NCBI GenBank assembly: GCA_035650735.1
Contig: DASRGZ010000182.1
Location: 1 to 61,590, forward strand
Direction of reading: 5' to 3'
Length of the DNA stretch: 61,590 bases
Origin: Chthonomonadaceae bacterium
GTDB taxonomy: Bacteria; Armatimonadota; Chthonomonadetes; Chthonomonadales; Chthonomonadaceae
In this document: positions 38,572 to 48,471 of the stretch, one piece after another
How the letters are laid out: each line of letters opens with the position of its first letter
Position numbering within the stretch: the stretch's first letter is position 1
Program-made: the position numbers and the translations under genes
The notes under the pieces: generated by a model
The model's input: only the letters and a program-made list of their open reading frames with translations
Database searches by the model: none
What the model was told of the DNA's origin: nothing

Positions 38572-39960
38572 ATGAGACTTCCCGCAACCGACTTACTTCC
38601 GCATGAGCGGCTGCTGCACGCCTGCGCCTCCGTAGAGAGCGGCGAGTCAGCCCGCCATGCCCTAGGCGCGGGCCTCTCCGCCCCGGATATAGACTGGCCT
38701 GCCGTGGTCGTGCAGGGCATCCGGCATGGCGTGGCCCCGCTTGTTGCGCGGCAGATGAGCGCGTTTGTGGGCGATGCGCGCCTTCCTGCCGAGATCGCCG
38801 CCTGCCTGACGCGCCTGTACCGGGCCAATGCCCGCCGCAACCGGGCGCTCTTTCAGGAGACAGGCCGCCTGGTGCGCGCGCTGGAGGCGGAGGACATCCG
38901 CTGCCTCGTCCTCAAGGGCGTGGCGTTGGCGCTGACCGTCTATCCCGATCCGGCCCTGCGTCACTTCGCCGACATTGACATCCTGGTGGACCCCGCGAAC
39001 CACGAGGCCGCCGGAAAGGTCCTGACCGCCTGTGGTTTTGTTCGAGACGAGGCCCCGCCCAGCGCCCGGCAGCATCACGACCGCTACACCGCGCTCTACC
39101 CGGAAGACATCCTGACCGAAACCCTGGTTCCGGAGTTTGATCCGACCCACGCGCCGGATAGCCTCGGCAGCCACCGCTATCAGGTTGTGGTGGAGCTGCA
39201 TCGCGGCATCTTCCGCCTCGCCAGCGGGTTTTTGCGGGAGGTGGATATGGCTCCCTTCTGGGCCTGCCCACAGAAGGCCAGGCTCCCGGGCGGCACCCCG
39301 ATCCCGATTCCCTCCCAGGAGGCGATGCTGGTCCACCTGGCCGTGCATGCGGCAGATCATATCTTCCGACGCCTCCTCTTTCCGCTGGATATGGCCCTGG
39401 TGATTGGCCGCTCCACGACGCCTATCCATTGGGAGCGCGTGGCGGCGCTTGCCGACCTTTATGGGGCGCGCGCCAGCCTCTACCGTATGCTGGAGTGCGT
39501 TCGGCGCGAGTTTGGCGTCGCGATTCCCGATGAGGCGCTGCGCGGCCTGCGTCCTGGCCGCGCCGGGCAGCCGCTCACCGTGCGCGCTATCTTCGCCGCC
39601 ATGCAGCAGGAAGCCAATGCTGCGGCCTGGCAGCGCTTCCTGCTTCGCGCCAACGTGCGGGAGCTTCTGACCGCCTGCTGGCAAGTTCTGTTCTTGCCGG
39701 CGCCGACCATGCAGAACCTCTATGGCGTCCGCTCGCCGCTGGGATTGCCGGCGCTCTACCTGTGGCGTCCGTTCCATCTGGCGGGGCGCGTCGTGTCCGC
39801 GCTCTGCCAGCAGGCATGGCCGGGTCGCCCTGCCGCGCCTGCCCGGAAGCGCGGCAGGGCGACCCAGCCCGAGACGGAGCGCTTCGCTCCCGGTCGAACC
39901 TCCCCCTTGCAGGGGACGCCCGACCCCTCCATCCTGCTCTCTTCGGAAAGGAACCGCTGA
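38572..39960 (+). CDS. Nucleotidyltransferase family protein (NTP_transf_5 type)
   Basis: 'LVLKGVALA..VYP....R...DIDILV', 'VELH', 'LVHLA.H', 'D' motifs. Confidence 0.85.
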   Translation: MRLPATDLLPHERLLHACASVESGESARHALGAGLSAPDIDWPAVVVQGIRHGVAPLVARQMSAFVGDARLPAEIAACLTRLYRANARRNRALFQETGRLVRALEAEDIRCLVLKGVALALTVYPDPALRHFADIDILVDPANHEAAGKVLTACGFVRDEAPPSARQHHDRYTALYPEDILTETLVPEFDPTHAPDSLGSHRYQVVVELHRGIFRLASGFLREVDMAPFWACPQKARLPGGTPIPIPSQEAMLVHLAVHAADHIFRRLLFPLDMALVIGRSTTPIHWERVAALADLYGARASLYRMLECVRREFGVAIPDEALRGLRPGRAGQPLTVRAIFAAMQQEANAAAWQRFLLRANVRELLTACWQVLFLPAPTMQNLYGVRSPLGLPALYLWRPFHLAGRVVSALCQQAWPGRPAAPARKRGRATQPETERFAPGRTSPLQGTPDPSILLSSERNR

Positions 39961-39963
39961 CGC

Positions 39964-41094
39964 ATGCGCAGTTTCTGTCTCCTTGCCGCTTTCTGTCTGC
40001 TGCTGGCGCTGGCGCGGCCTGCGCCGGCCACGCCCTTCTTTGCCCGCGCCTACGGGTTTTCCTGCCAGACCTGCCACAGCGGCTATCCGCGCCTGAATCC
40101 GTTCGGCCTGGCCTTTAAGGCCAACAACTTCCGCGTCCCCGGCGCCGAGAAAGCTGCCGTCATGGCCTGGCAGAAGACACCGCCGCTGGCGACCCAGATT
40201 GAGCCGACCTACCAGCGCTTCAGCCCCGGCAGGCGCAAGAGCCAATATACCGATACCCAGCTTCTGGCGGGCGGGCTGCTATCGCGCACCACCGCCTTTT
40301 ACATTCATCACTCGCTCTGGATTGACGACAAGCCCACCGAGTTTCCCTCCTACGAGGTCTGGGCGCAGCAGGTGCTGGACGAGCATAGCAAGCTGATGTT
40401 TAAGATCGGGCAGTTCGAGCTGCCCTACGCCTACAGCCCGTTTATCAATATGGCTACCGTGTTCCAGCCGCAGATTTACCTGGCGAGCCTTCAGGATAAT
40501 GACGTGGAGATAGGCACGACCATGCGCGGGATTCAGTTGAGCGGCCTGATCAACCACCGGGTGCAGTTCTATCTCGCCTACGGTGCGCCGGCAATCAATA
40601 CCTCCGGCTTTGCGGTCGGCCAGCGCGAGTTTCTGGGCGAGTTCCGGGACTTCTATATGCGGTTCGCCAACCGAGACCAGGCCCGCAACCTCGGCTTCTT
40701 TGTCTATCTCACGCACCCGCCGCGCGACCCGGCGGACCTGAGTACCTCGGATCGCGGCCAGCGCTACGGCCTGGACGGGCGGTTCGACTGGCGCGGCTTT
40801 CAGTTTTACGCGATGGCCGTCTACGGCGAGAATAGCGACCCGCTGGGCAACGGCAAGCGCGGCTTCCTGCGCGGCGGCTTTATCGAGGTGGATAAGATGT
40901 TCCTGCCCTGGCTGGGCCTGGCCGTGCGCCTGGAGGCACAGACGACCAATATCGGCACCACCCGGACCTATTCCGACGCCAAGACCATCAGCCTGAGCCT
41001 CTACCCGATCCGAAACTTGAAGCTAACCGCCGAATACCAGCAACGCGATCATGGCCGCAGCGATACGGCGCTCCAGGCTTCCCTGTCATTTTGA
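39964..41094 (+). CDS. Cyc2-like monoheme cytochrome c-porin fusion
   Basis: Signal peptide then 'TPFFARAYGFSCQTCHSGYPRLNPFGLAFK' (CxxCH), beta-strand-rich body, terminal Phe. Confidence 0.75.
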   Translation: MRSFCLLAAFCLLLALARPAPATPFFARAYGFSCQTCHSGYPRLNPFGLAFKANNFRVPGAEKAAVMAWQKTPPLATQIEPTYQRFSPGRRKSQYTDTQLLAGGLLSRTTAFYIHHSLWIDDKPTEFPSYEVWAQQVLDEHSKLMFKIGQFELPYAYSPFINMATVFQPQIYLASLQDNDVEIGTTMRGIQLSGLINHRVQFYLAYGAPAINTSGFAVGQREFLGEFRDFYMRFANRDQARNLGFFVYLTHPPRDPADLSTSDRGQRYGLDGRFDWRGFQFYAMAVYGENSDPLGNGKRGFLRGGFIEVDKMFLPWLGLAVRLEAQTTNIGTTRTYSDAKTISLSLYPIRNLKLTAEYQQRDHGRSDTALQASLSF

Positions 41095-41157
41095 GGACAT
41101 CTACGGAATGGCAGCCCTTGTTCGTGGCTCGTGGTTCGTAAGTTTTGAGGATACTGA

Positions 41158-42165
41158 ATGGAATGGCAGCGCTTACAGGGCCTGGAGTTCGCCCCTGCCC
41201 CCGATCCGCTCTGGCGCAATGCGCCTGCGCCGCTGGTCGCTCGCTACAACGTGCTTGGGGCGCCTCTGGAATTCGCCACGAACGCCCCGACGCTGGCGGC
41301 GCTGGCGGAGGAGACTTTCGGCGGCTGGGGCACGCCGGACGCGCAGGCAGGAGAGGTTTTGCATCTGCGCGTCTATCTCCACAACGCGCCGGAAGCGCCG
41401 TCTGCGCAGACGGCGCTTCCCCTGCTGATCCGGGCGCAGGGTCCCTATTTCTGGATTACACTCGGCAGTAGCCTGGGCTTTGCCGACCGCGCCGCCGGAT
41501 TTGCTGCCGCCTTTGTCACGCCCGCCGTCGCCGCCAACCGCTACCTGGCGCAGACCGGCTTCCTGGAGTGCCTGGGCATCTACCTGGCCTCGCGCGCCCG
41601 CCCGGCCACGCTCCATGCCGCCGCGCTGGCGCACCACGACCGCTGCGTGCTCTTGACGGGCGGCAGCGGCGCGGGCAAGTCCACCCTGGCCTACGCCTGC
41701 CTGCGCGCGGGCTTTGGCCTGCTGGCCGAAGACATCGTTTTTTCCACAGGGGAGGGCACTCCGCTCCTCGTCTGGGGCAATCCCTGCCATCTGCACCTGC
41801 TCCCGAACGCGGTGCGCTTCTTCCCGGAACTGGCCAACGCCGAAAGGATACGCCAGCTTAACGGCGAAACCAAGCTGCGTATCGCCGTCAACGCCGTGCG
41901 CCCGGGTGCAGCCATCACGCGCATGCCGGTCTGGGGAGTCTGCTCGCTCAGCCGCGCTTCCTGTGCTGCGCCGCGCTTCCTGCCTGCCGATGCGGCCCAG
42001 ATCCGCACGGCGCTGACCGATTTCAAGGGCGATCCGCCCCTGGATCGAGCGGCCATGACGGCGGCGGTGGATACGCTGCTGGCTGGACGTATTGCCCACC
42101 TGGAGGTCGGCGCCGATCTGGAGGCGGCGGTAGCAGTGCTGCGAAACTGGATCGAGACGGGGTAA
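41158..42165 (+). CDS. HPr kinase-like P-loop protein
   Basis: 'LHAAAL', 'GGSGAGKSTLA', 'LLAED' motifs. Confidence 0.8.
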   Translation: MEWQRLQGLEFAPAPDPLWRNAPAPLVARYNVLGAPLEFATNAPTLAALAEETFGGWGTPDAQAGEVLHLRVYLHNAPEAPSAQTALPLLIRAQGPYFWITLGSSLGFADRAAGFAAAFVTPAVAANRYLAQTGFLECLGIYLASRARPATLHAAALAHHDRCVLLTGGSGAGKSTLAYACLRAGFGLLAEDIVFSTGEGTPLLVWGNPCHLHLLPNAVRFFPELANAERIRQLNGETKLRIAVNAVRPGAAITRMPVWGVCSLSRASCAAPRFLPADAAQIRTALTDFKGDPPLDRAAMTAAVDTLLAGRIAHLEVGADLEAAVAVLRNWIETG

Positions 42166-42191
42166 CGAGGCTACTTGGAGCGCAGGACGCC

Positions 42192-43328
42192 ATGCACGTC
42201 GCCTGTGTCAGCTATTTTTATGACCGGTTCCTGGACTCGCCGGAGGCGCTGCTGGAGCGCTATGAGACCCTCACGGGCTGGGTGGAGGGTCTCGCTGCGG
42301 CGGGGGCGGAGGTCACCGTCGTGCAGCGATTCGCGGGGGACGCCGAAATCGCGCGCAACGGCGTCCTCTACATGTTCGTGCGCGACCCGGCCTGGCGGTT
42401 TGGCAGCCTGCCGGATATGGCGAGGCAGGTAAACCGGGCTGTGGCCCGACTGCGCCCCGACATCGTACATATTCACGGGATGGGCTTTGCCCGGCAAGCG
42501 TGGTGGCTCCGGCGCCTCTTGCCCACCACGCCCCTACTGCTCCAGGATCACGCGGGCAGTCCGCCGACGCGCTGGATGAACCGCCGCACGCTGCGCTTGG
42601 CCCTGGAGAGCGTAGACGCGGTAAGCTTTACCGTACCGGAACAGGCCCGTCCCTGGATCGAGGCCGGCATCCTGCGCGCCGATAAGCCCCTCGTGGAGTT
42701 GCCGGAAGGCTCCAGTCCGTTCCGCCTGCGATCCCGCGCGGAGGCGCGCGCCTATACCGGCCTGACGGGCGATCCGCTCTGCCTGTGGGTGGGACGGCTC
42801 AACGCCAACAAAGACCCGCTGACCGTGCTGCGCGGCTTTGCGCGCACGCTCGCCTGCCTGCCGACGGCACGCCTGGCGATGGTCTATAGCGCGGAGGACC
42901 TGCTTCCCGCCGTGCAGGCGTGGCTGGCGGCAAATCCGGCGGCGGCCTCCCGCGTTCGGCTGCTCGGATGTCTTCCCCACGCGGAATTGGAAGCCATCTA
43001 CAACAGCGCCGATTTCTTCCTGCTGGGCAGCGATTATGACGGGGGCAGCGGCTATTCGGTGCTCGAAGCCCTCTCGTGCGGCGTCGTGCCGATCATCACG
43101 GACATTCCCTCGTTCCGCGCTGCACTCCGCAACGGCGAGTATGGCGGGCTCTGGCCGGTCGGCAACGCGGAGGCTCTGGCCGACACGCTCCTCGCCTGGC
43201 ACCGCCGGCTCCAGCCCGGCACGCAGCAGAGGCAGCGCGACTACTTTGAGCAGCACTTGAGCTTCGAGGCGATAGGGCGACAGGCCCTGGCCACCTATGA
43301 CCGCCTGTTGAGAGGGACGCGCCCATGA
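42192..43328 (+). CDS. Glycosyltransferase family 4
   Basis: 'PDIVHIH', 'VGRL..NK', 'S..DGGSGYSVLEALSCGVVPI.TD'. Confidence 0.88.
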   Translation: MHVACVSYFYDRFLDSPEALLERYETLTGWVEGLAAAGAEVTVVQRFAGDAEIARNGVLYMFVRDPAWRFGSLPDMARQVNRAVARLRPDIVHIHGMGFARQAWWLRRLLPTTPLLLQDHAGSPPTRWMNRRTLRLALESVDAVSFTVPEQARPWIEAGILRADKPLVELPEGSSPFRLRSRAEARAYTGLTGDPLCLWVGRLNANKDPLTVLRGFARTLACLPTARLAMVYSAEDLLPAVQAWLAANPAAASRVRLLGCLPHAELEAIYNSADFFLLGSDYDGGSGYSVLEALSCGVVPIITDIPSFRAALRNGEYGGLWPVGNAEALADTLLAWHRRLQPGTQQRQRDYFEQHLSFEAIGRQALATYDRLLRGTRP

Positions 43329-44431
43329 AGATCGCGCTGGTGACTCCGGGCGGCTTCGACCGCAGCGGACGGGAGCGGGTCATTCCCGTCTTCCTCTGGC
43401 TGGTCGAGCGCCTGTCCCGCCGCCACGAGGTCCACGTCTACACGCTGAACCAGTACCCCTATCCCGACACCTATCCGCTGCTCGGCGCCACTGTCCATAA
43501 CATCGGCACCGACGGCCTGGCCCGGCGTGCGCCCTATCAGATCCTTTATGCCCTGCGCGCCCTCCAAAGCGAGCAGCGACAGGGACGGTTCGACGTGGTA
43601 CATGGCCTCTGGGCGCACCAGTGCGGCCTGATCGCCGCTCTGGCCGGGCGGCGGTGGCGCGTGCCCGGCATCGTCACCCCGGCAGGCGGGGAACTGGTTG
43701 CCCTGCCTGAGATCGACTACGGCGGGCAGTTGCGCCGCAATAGCCGCATTATCATCAAGTTCTCGTTGCTGCTGGCAAGCAAAGTTACCGTTGCCAGCGA
43801 ATATATGCGACATCTGCTGCGTCCCTACCGTCCGGATGCGCGCGTGATAACCCTCGGCGTGGACACCTGCCGTTTTCAGCCGCCAGCGTTGCCGCCCACC
43901 GGACCGCCCTGGCGCCTGCTGCACGTCGCCAGCTTGAACCGCGTTAAGGATCAGCCGATGCTGCTGCGCGCCTTTGCCCGCATTCACGCTGCCGCGCCTG
44001 ACGCCCACCTGGATATTATCGGGGAAGATACGCTCGACGGCGAGATTCAGCGCCTGGCGCACATACTCGGTCTGGAGGAGGCCGTCACGTTTCACGGCTT
44101 CCAGCCCAGCGAGGTGGTCGCCCGCGCGCTACAGCGGAGTCACCTGTTGCTGCATACCTCGCGCCATGAGGCCGCGCAGGTCGTCGTGCTGGAGGCGGCG
44201 GCCTGTGCCGTGCCGACGGTGGGCACGGCGGTCGGCCATGTAGACGATATGGCTCCGGAGCGGTCGGTCGCCGTTCCGGTGGGCGATCATGCGGCCCTCG
44301 CCTGGGCTGCGCTGGAGCTGATCCGGGATCAGAGCAGTCGCCATGCGCTCGGTCAGCGTGCCCTCGCCTGGGCTAAAGCCCATGATGCCGATTGGACGGC
44401 CTCCCAATACGAAGCGCTTTATGCCGAATGA
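43325..44431 (+). CDS. Glycosyltransferase family 4
   Basis: 'MKIALV', 'DVVH', 'L..VK', 'SRHEA..VVVLEAAAC.VP.VGT.VG'. Confidence 0.88.
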   Translation: MKIALVTPGGFDRSGRERVIPVFLWLVERLSRRHEVHVYTLNQYPYPDTYPLLGATVHNIGTDGLARRAPYQILYALRALQSEQRQGRFDVVHGLWAHQCGLIAALAGRRWRVPGIVTPAGGELVALPEIDYGGQLRRNSRIIIKFSLLLASKVTVASEYMRHLLRPYRPDARVITLGVDTCRFQPPALPPTGPPWRLLHVASLNRVKDQPMLLRAFARIHAAAPDAHLDIIGEDTLDGEIQRLAHILGLEEAVTFHGFQPSEVVARALQRSHLLLHTSRHEAAQVVVLEAAACAVPTVGTAVGHVDDMAPERSVAVPVGDHAALAWAALELIRDQSSRHALGQRALAWAKAHDADWTASQYEALYAE

Positions 44432-44451
44432 GCCTTTCGGCCTTTCTTGTC

Positions 44452-44606
44452 CTAACCCCCGGCCCCCTTCCCTAGTTCGCCGCTAACGCGGCAGGGAAGG
44501 GGGGGATCCGGCTTCTGCTCTCCTCTCCCCTGTTCTTGGGGGGAGGGCCAGGGTGGGGGCCACTCCCCTCTCCCGCAGCGTGGGAGAGGGGTCGGGGGTG
44601 AGGGCA
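44452..44606. repeat. Composite REP-like palindromes
   Basis: CCTAACCCCCGGCCCCCTTCCC...GGGAAGGGGG and CCCTCTCCC...GGGAGAGGG-GGGGGTGAGGG, as at 5995-6305. Confidence 0.75.
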
Positions 44607-44717
44607 AAGCTACCTGTTATAAAATCTTCGCCGGGCGCGTGACACCAGCCGGGCACGCCGGTAGATAGAATCAGATAAATCGTCGCCCCGACCGCCGCCG
44701 CAGGAGAATCTTCCGCA

Positions 44718-46220
44718 ATGGTAGATGTGTTGCTGGCGCACTCCTATTTTTTACAGTACGACCCCAAACAGCGTGCCCGGATGCAGCCCTATCCGCCCCT
44801 GGCCACGCTGTATGCCGCCGCCTACCTGCGCAGTGCGGGCTATTCGGTGGCGCTGTTTGACGCCATGTTCGCCGAGGGCGAGCCTGCGTTTGAGGAGGCG
44901 CTGCGGCAGCACCAGCCGCGCTTCGTGGCGCTGTATGAAGATAGCTTTAACTTCCTTATCAAGATGTGCTTGAGTCGGATGCGCCAGGCCGCCCAGCGCA
45001 TGAGCGAAATGGCGCGAGACTACGGCGCGACGGTCCTTGCCGCCGGCCCGGACATCACCGACCACCCGGAGCTTTACTTCAATCATGGGGTCCAGTACGC
45101 GCTTATCGGCGAGGCCGATCATGGGCTGCGCGAACTGCTGGACGCTCTCAGCGGAAGGTGCTCGCGCCCCCTGGACGAGATCGCGGGGCTGGCCTGGCCC
45201 GACAAAGCGGACCCGGACGGCATCTGCTGCACCGCGCGGCGCGTCCCGGAGCGCCGGCTCGACTGTTTTCCCTTCCCGGCCTGGGACTTGCTCGACATCG
45301 CGCCCTACCGCGCCGCCTGGCAGAGCGCACACGGCTACTTCAGCCTGAACATGGTCAGCACGCGCGGCTGTCCCTTTCACTGCAACTGGTGCGCCAAGCC
45401 CATCTGGGGACAGCGCTACGCCATGCGCTCGCCCGCCAACGTCGCCGAGGAGATGGCGCTTCTCAAGCGCACGCTCCGTCCCGACCATATCTGGTTTGCC
45501 GACGACATCTTTGGGCTGCGGGCGAAATGGGTGACGGAGTTCGCGGCGGAGGTAGACGCGCGCCGCGCCAGCATCCCCTTCACCATCCAATCCCGCGCCG
45601 ATCTGATGACCGAGAGCGCGGTCGCCGGGCTGGCGCGGGCCGGGTGCGTGGAGGTCTGGATGGGTGCGGAGAGCGGCAGCCAGAAAGTCCTCGACGCGAT
45701 GGACAAGGGCATCCAGGTCGCCGAGGTCGCCGTCGCGCGGTCGCGCCTCAAGTCGGCGGGCATCAAAGCCAACTTCTTCCTTCAGTTCGGCTATCCCGGC
45801 GAAACCTTTGAGGACATCCTGGCGACCGTGCAGATGGTGCGGGATACCCTGCCGGACAAAATCGGCATCAGCGTCAGCTATCCGCTCCCCGGCACCCGCT
45901 TCTACGAGATGGTGCGCGCCCAGCTTGGCCCCAAACAGAACTGGGTAGATAGCAACGACCTGGCGATGATGTTCCAGGGCGCCTATCGCTCCCCCTTCTA
46001 CCGCCATCTCCATCAGCTTCTGCATCGGGACCTGGAATTGCGCCAGCGCTTGGCCACCGGCCCGCCCGACGCCGAGACGCTGGCCCTCCTAGACCGCCTC
46101 AACGCCGATTGGCTGGAGCTAGGACGCCTGGAGCGGGAGCAGCGCAGCCCGGAGCCGACCCACGCCCTCAGCCGCAACGGCCACCTGGCACGGCCAGACC
46201 TGAGCAAGGAGTGGAACTGA
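44718..46220 (+). CDS. B12-binding radical SAM protein
   Basis: 'PYPPLATLY.AA.L', 'GEAD', 'RGCPFHCNWC', 'ADD', 'GAESGSQ'. Confidence 0.92.
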   Translation: MVDVLLAHSYFLQYDPKQRARMQPYPPLATLYAAAYLRSAGYSVALFDAMFAEGEPAFEEALRQHQPRFVALYEDSFNFLIKMCLSRMRQAAQRMSEMARDYGATVLAAGPDITDHPELYFNHGVQYALIGEADHGLRELLDALSGRCSRPLDEIAGLAWPDKADPDGICCTARRVPERRLDCFPFPAWDLLDIAPYRAAWQSAHGYFSLNMVSTRGCPFHCNWCAKPIWGQRYAMRSPANVAEEMALLKRTLRPDHIWFADDIFGLRAKWVTEFAAEVDARRASIPFTIQSRADLMTESAVAGLARAGCVEVWMGAESGSQKVLDAMDKGIQVAEVAVARSRLKSAGIKANFFLQFGYPGETFEDILATVQMVRDTLPDKIGISVSYPLPGTRFYEMVRAQLGPKQNWVDSNDLAMMFQGAYRSPFYRHLHQLLHRDLELRQRLATGPPDAETLALLDRLNADWLELGRLEREQRSPEPTHALSRNGHLARPDLSKEWN

Positions 46221-46222
46221 CC

Positions 46223-47614
46223 ATGCCCGACATCCTGCTGACGCACGGCTATTTTCTCTGGGAGGACGAGAAAGAGCGGCAGATCATGAAGCCCTACCCG
46301 CCCTTAGGGCTGCTCTATCTATCTGCCTATCTCAAGCGGGCCGGCTTCTCTGTGGCGCTCTACGACAGCACACTGGGCCGCCGCGAGGAGCTATTCGCGC
46401 GCCTGGCATCCGCGCCCGGAGGCGTGTTGGGCATCTATACCAACCTGATGACCCGCAGCAGCGTGCTCCAGATCGCGGCGCAGGCCAAGGCTTGCAGTTG
46501 GACGGTCGTGCTGGGCGGGCCGGAATCGGCCAACTATCCTGCCGAGTACCTGGCGCGTGGCGCGGACGTCGTGGTTATCGGGGAGGGTGAGGAGACGCTG
46601 GCCGAGCTCCTGCCCGCGCTGGCAGCGCGCGGCCCGCACCGGCTCCAGGGGATCGCCGGGATTTGGTTCCGGGACGAGACGGGACGGATCGTGGAGAACG
46701 CGCCGCGCCCGCAGATCGCCGACATTGACGGCCTGCCCTGGCCGGATCGCGCGCAGGTGGACATCGAGGAGTACATACGCATCTGGCGGGAGCATCACGG
46801 CATGGGCAGCGTGAACTTGATCACGGCGCGCGGCTGCCCTTATAAATGCAAGTGGTGCTCGCACGCGGTCTTCGGCTACAGCCACCGCCGCCGCAACTAC
46901 CTCGACTGTGCCGACGAGCTGGAGTACATACGGGACACCTACCATCCCGACCAGGTCTGGTACGCCGACGACGTGTTCACCATCAACCACGCGTGGGTTT
47001 TCAGATACGCCGCCGAGCTTAAGCGCCGCCGTTTGCAGCTTCCCTTCGAGACCATCTCCCGCGCCGACCGCATGATGCAGGAGGAGGTGCTGGCGACGCT
47101 GGCGGAGATGGGCTGCTATCGCATCTGGATCGGCTCGGAGAGCGGCAGCCAGCGCATCCTGGACGCTATGCAGCGCGGCGTGACGGTCGAGCAGGTGCAG
47201 TGGGCCACGCGCGCCGCCCAGCGGCACGGCCTGCAGGTAGGCATGTTCCTGATGTGGGGCTACGAGGGCGAGACGCTGGAGGACATCGAGGCGACCATCG
47301 AGCACGTCAAAAGGGCCAATCCTGACATCTTCTTTACCACCGTCGCCTACCCGATCAAGAATACGCCCTACTACCATGCCGTTTCGGACCGCCTCCAGTT
47401 GACGAAACGCTGGGAGGAGGCCAGCGACCGGGACTTTGCGATCCGGGGCCGTCCTTCGCGCGCCTACTACAAGCACGCCGATCGATGGCTGCGCAGCGAC
47501 GTCGCGGCCTTCCGCCTGGAAGCCAGCGATCCGGCGCAGGCGGCCCTGGAGCGGGAGCAGGCGGAGGCGGCGCGCGCCGCCCTGCTGTCCGCCGCGTCGG
47601 AGGTGGAGGCATGA
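46223..47614 (+). CDS. B12-binding radical SAM protein
   Basis: 'PYPPLGLLYLSAYL', 'VVLGGP', 'GEGE', 'RGCPYKCKWC', 'GSESGSQ'. Confidence 0.92.
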   Translation: MPDILLTHGYFLWEDEKERQIMKPYPPLGLLYLSAYLKRAGFSVALYDSTLGRREELFARLASAPGGVLGIYTNLMTRSSVLQIAAQAKACSWTVVLGGPESANYPAEYLARGADVVVIGEGEETLAELLPALAARGPHRLQGIAGIWFRDETGRIVENAPRPQIADIDGLPWPDRAQVDIEEYIRIWREHHGMGSVNLITARGCPYKCKWCSHAVFGYSHRRRNYLDCADELEYIRDTYHPDQVWYADDVFTINHAWVFRYAAELKRRRLQLPFETISRADRMMQEEVLATLAEMGCYRIWIGSESGSQRILDAMQRGVTVEQVQWATRAAQRHGLQVGMFLMWGYEGETLEDIEATIEHVKRANPDIFFTTVAYPIKNTPYYHAVSDRLQLTKRWEEASDRDFAIRGRPSRAYYKHADRWLRSDVAAFRLEASDPAQAALEREQAEAARAALLSAASEVEA

Positions 47615-48471
47615 GAGCCTGCGAGGCCGGGGATGGCGCCTCGCCGTTCGACCAGATGGCCGTCGAATACGACCTGCTGTTCACGTACAGCCGCATCGGC
47701 ACGCTTCTGCGGCAGGCGGTCTGGCGGCGGCTCGACGTGCGATTTTTGCCTGGCGACCGCATTTTGGAGCTTAACTGCGGCACGGGCGAGGACGCCCTGC
47801 ACCTGGCCCAGCGGGGCGTGCAGGTGCTCGCCACCGACGTTTCTGCGGAGATGGTGCTGCTGGCACGCCAGAAGATACGGCAGGCCGGAATGGCGGCAAA
47901 CGTCGAGGTACGCCGCATGGCTATTGAGGAGATATCCGATCCCTTCTCGGCTTTGCAGCTTATGGCGCAGAATGAGCATGCCGCCTTCGACGGCGCGCTC
48001 TCCGATTTCGGGGGATTAAACTGCGCCCGGAATTTGCCGCAAGTGGCGGAGGGTCTGGCGGCGTGTCTGCGTCCCGGAGCGGTCGCCCTGCTCTGCATTA
48101 TGGGGCCGCTCTGCCCCTGGGAATGGGGCTGGTATCTGCTGCACGGGCAGCCTGGGAAGGCGTTTCGGAGACTGCGGCGCGGCGGCGTGCCCTGGCGCGG
48201 CCTGACCATTACCTATCCCTCCATTCGCGCCGTGTGCCATGCCTTTGCGCCTCACTTTCGCCCGCTGCGGGTCGGGGCCATCGGCGCGCTGCTGCCGCCG
48301 ACCTATGCGGAGGGCTGGGCCGCGCGGCATGAGGGGCTGCTGGCGCGCCTGGACCGATGGGAGCGCCGTCTGGAGACGCTGCCGCCCTTCCCCCTCCTGG
48401 CCGACCACTACCTGCTGGAGTTGGAGCGAAAGCCAGGGAGAGTCTTGCCATCTCGCTCCTCCCCACCCTAG
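47611..48471 (+). CDS. Class I SAM-dependent methyltransferase
   Basis: 'ILELNCGTGEDA', 'TDVS..M', 'FDGALSDFGGLNC'; ATGA overlap. Confidence 0.88.
   Translation: MRACEAGDGASPFDQMAVEYDLLFTYSRIGTLLRQAVWRRLDVRFLPGDRILELNCGTGEDALHLAQRGVQVLATDVSAEMVLLARQKIRQAGMAANVEVRRMAIEEISDPFSALQLMAQNEHAAFDGALSDFGGLNCARNLPQVAEGLAACLRPGAVALLCIMGPLCPWEWGWYLLHGQPGKAFRRLRRGGVPWRGLTITYPSIRAVCHAFAPHFRPLRVGAIGALLPPTYAEGWAARHEGLLARLDRWERRLETLPPFPLLADHYLLELERKPGRVLPSRSSPP

Noticed and set aside
38662..40245. 527-aa minus-strand ORF and similar long antisense ORFs (e.g. 44751-46025, 21319-22467, 6501-7643)
   Set aside because: Shadow ORFs opposite well-supported genes in GC-rich DNA; no recognisable motifs.
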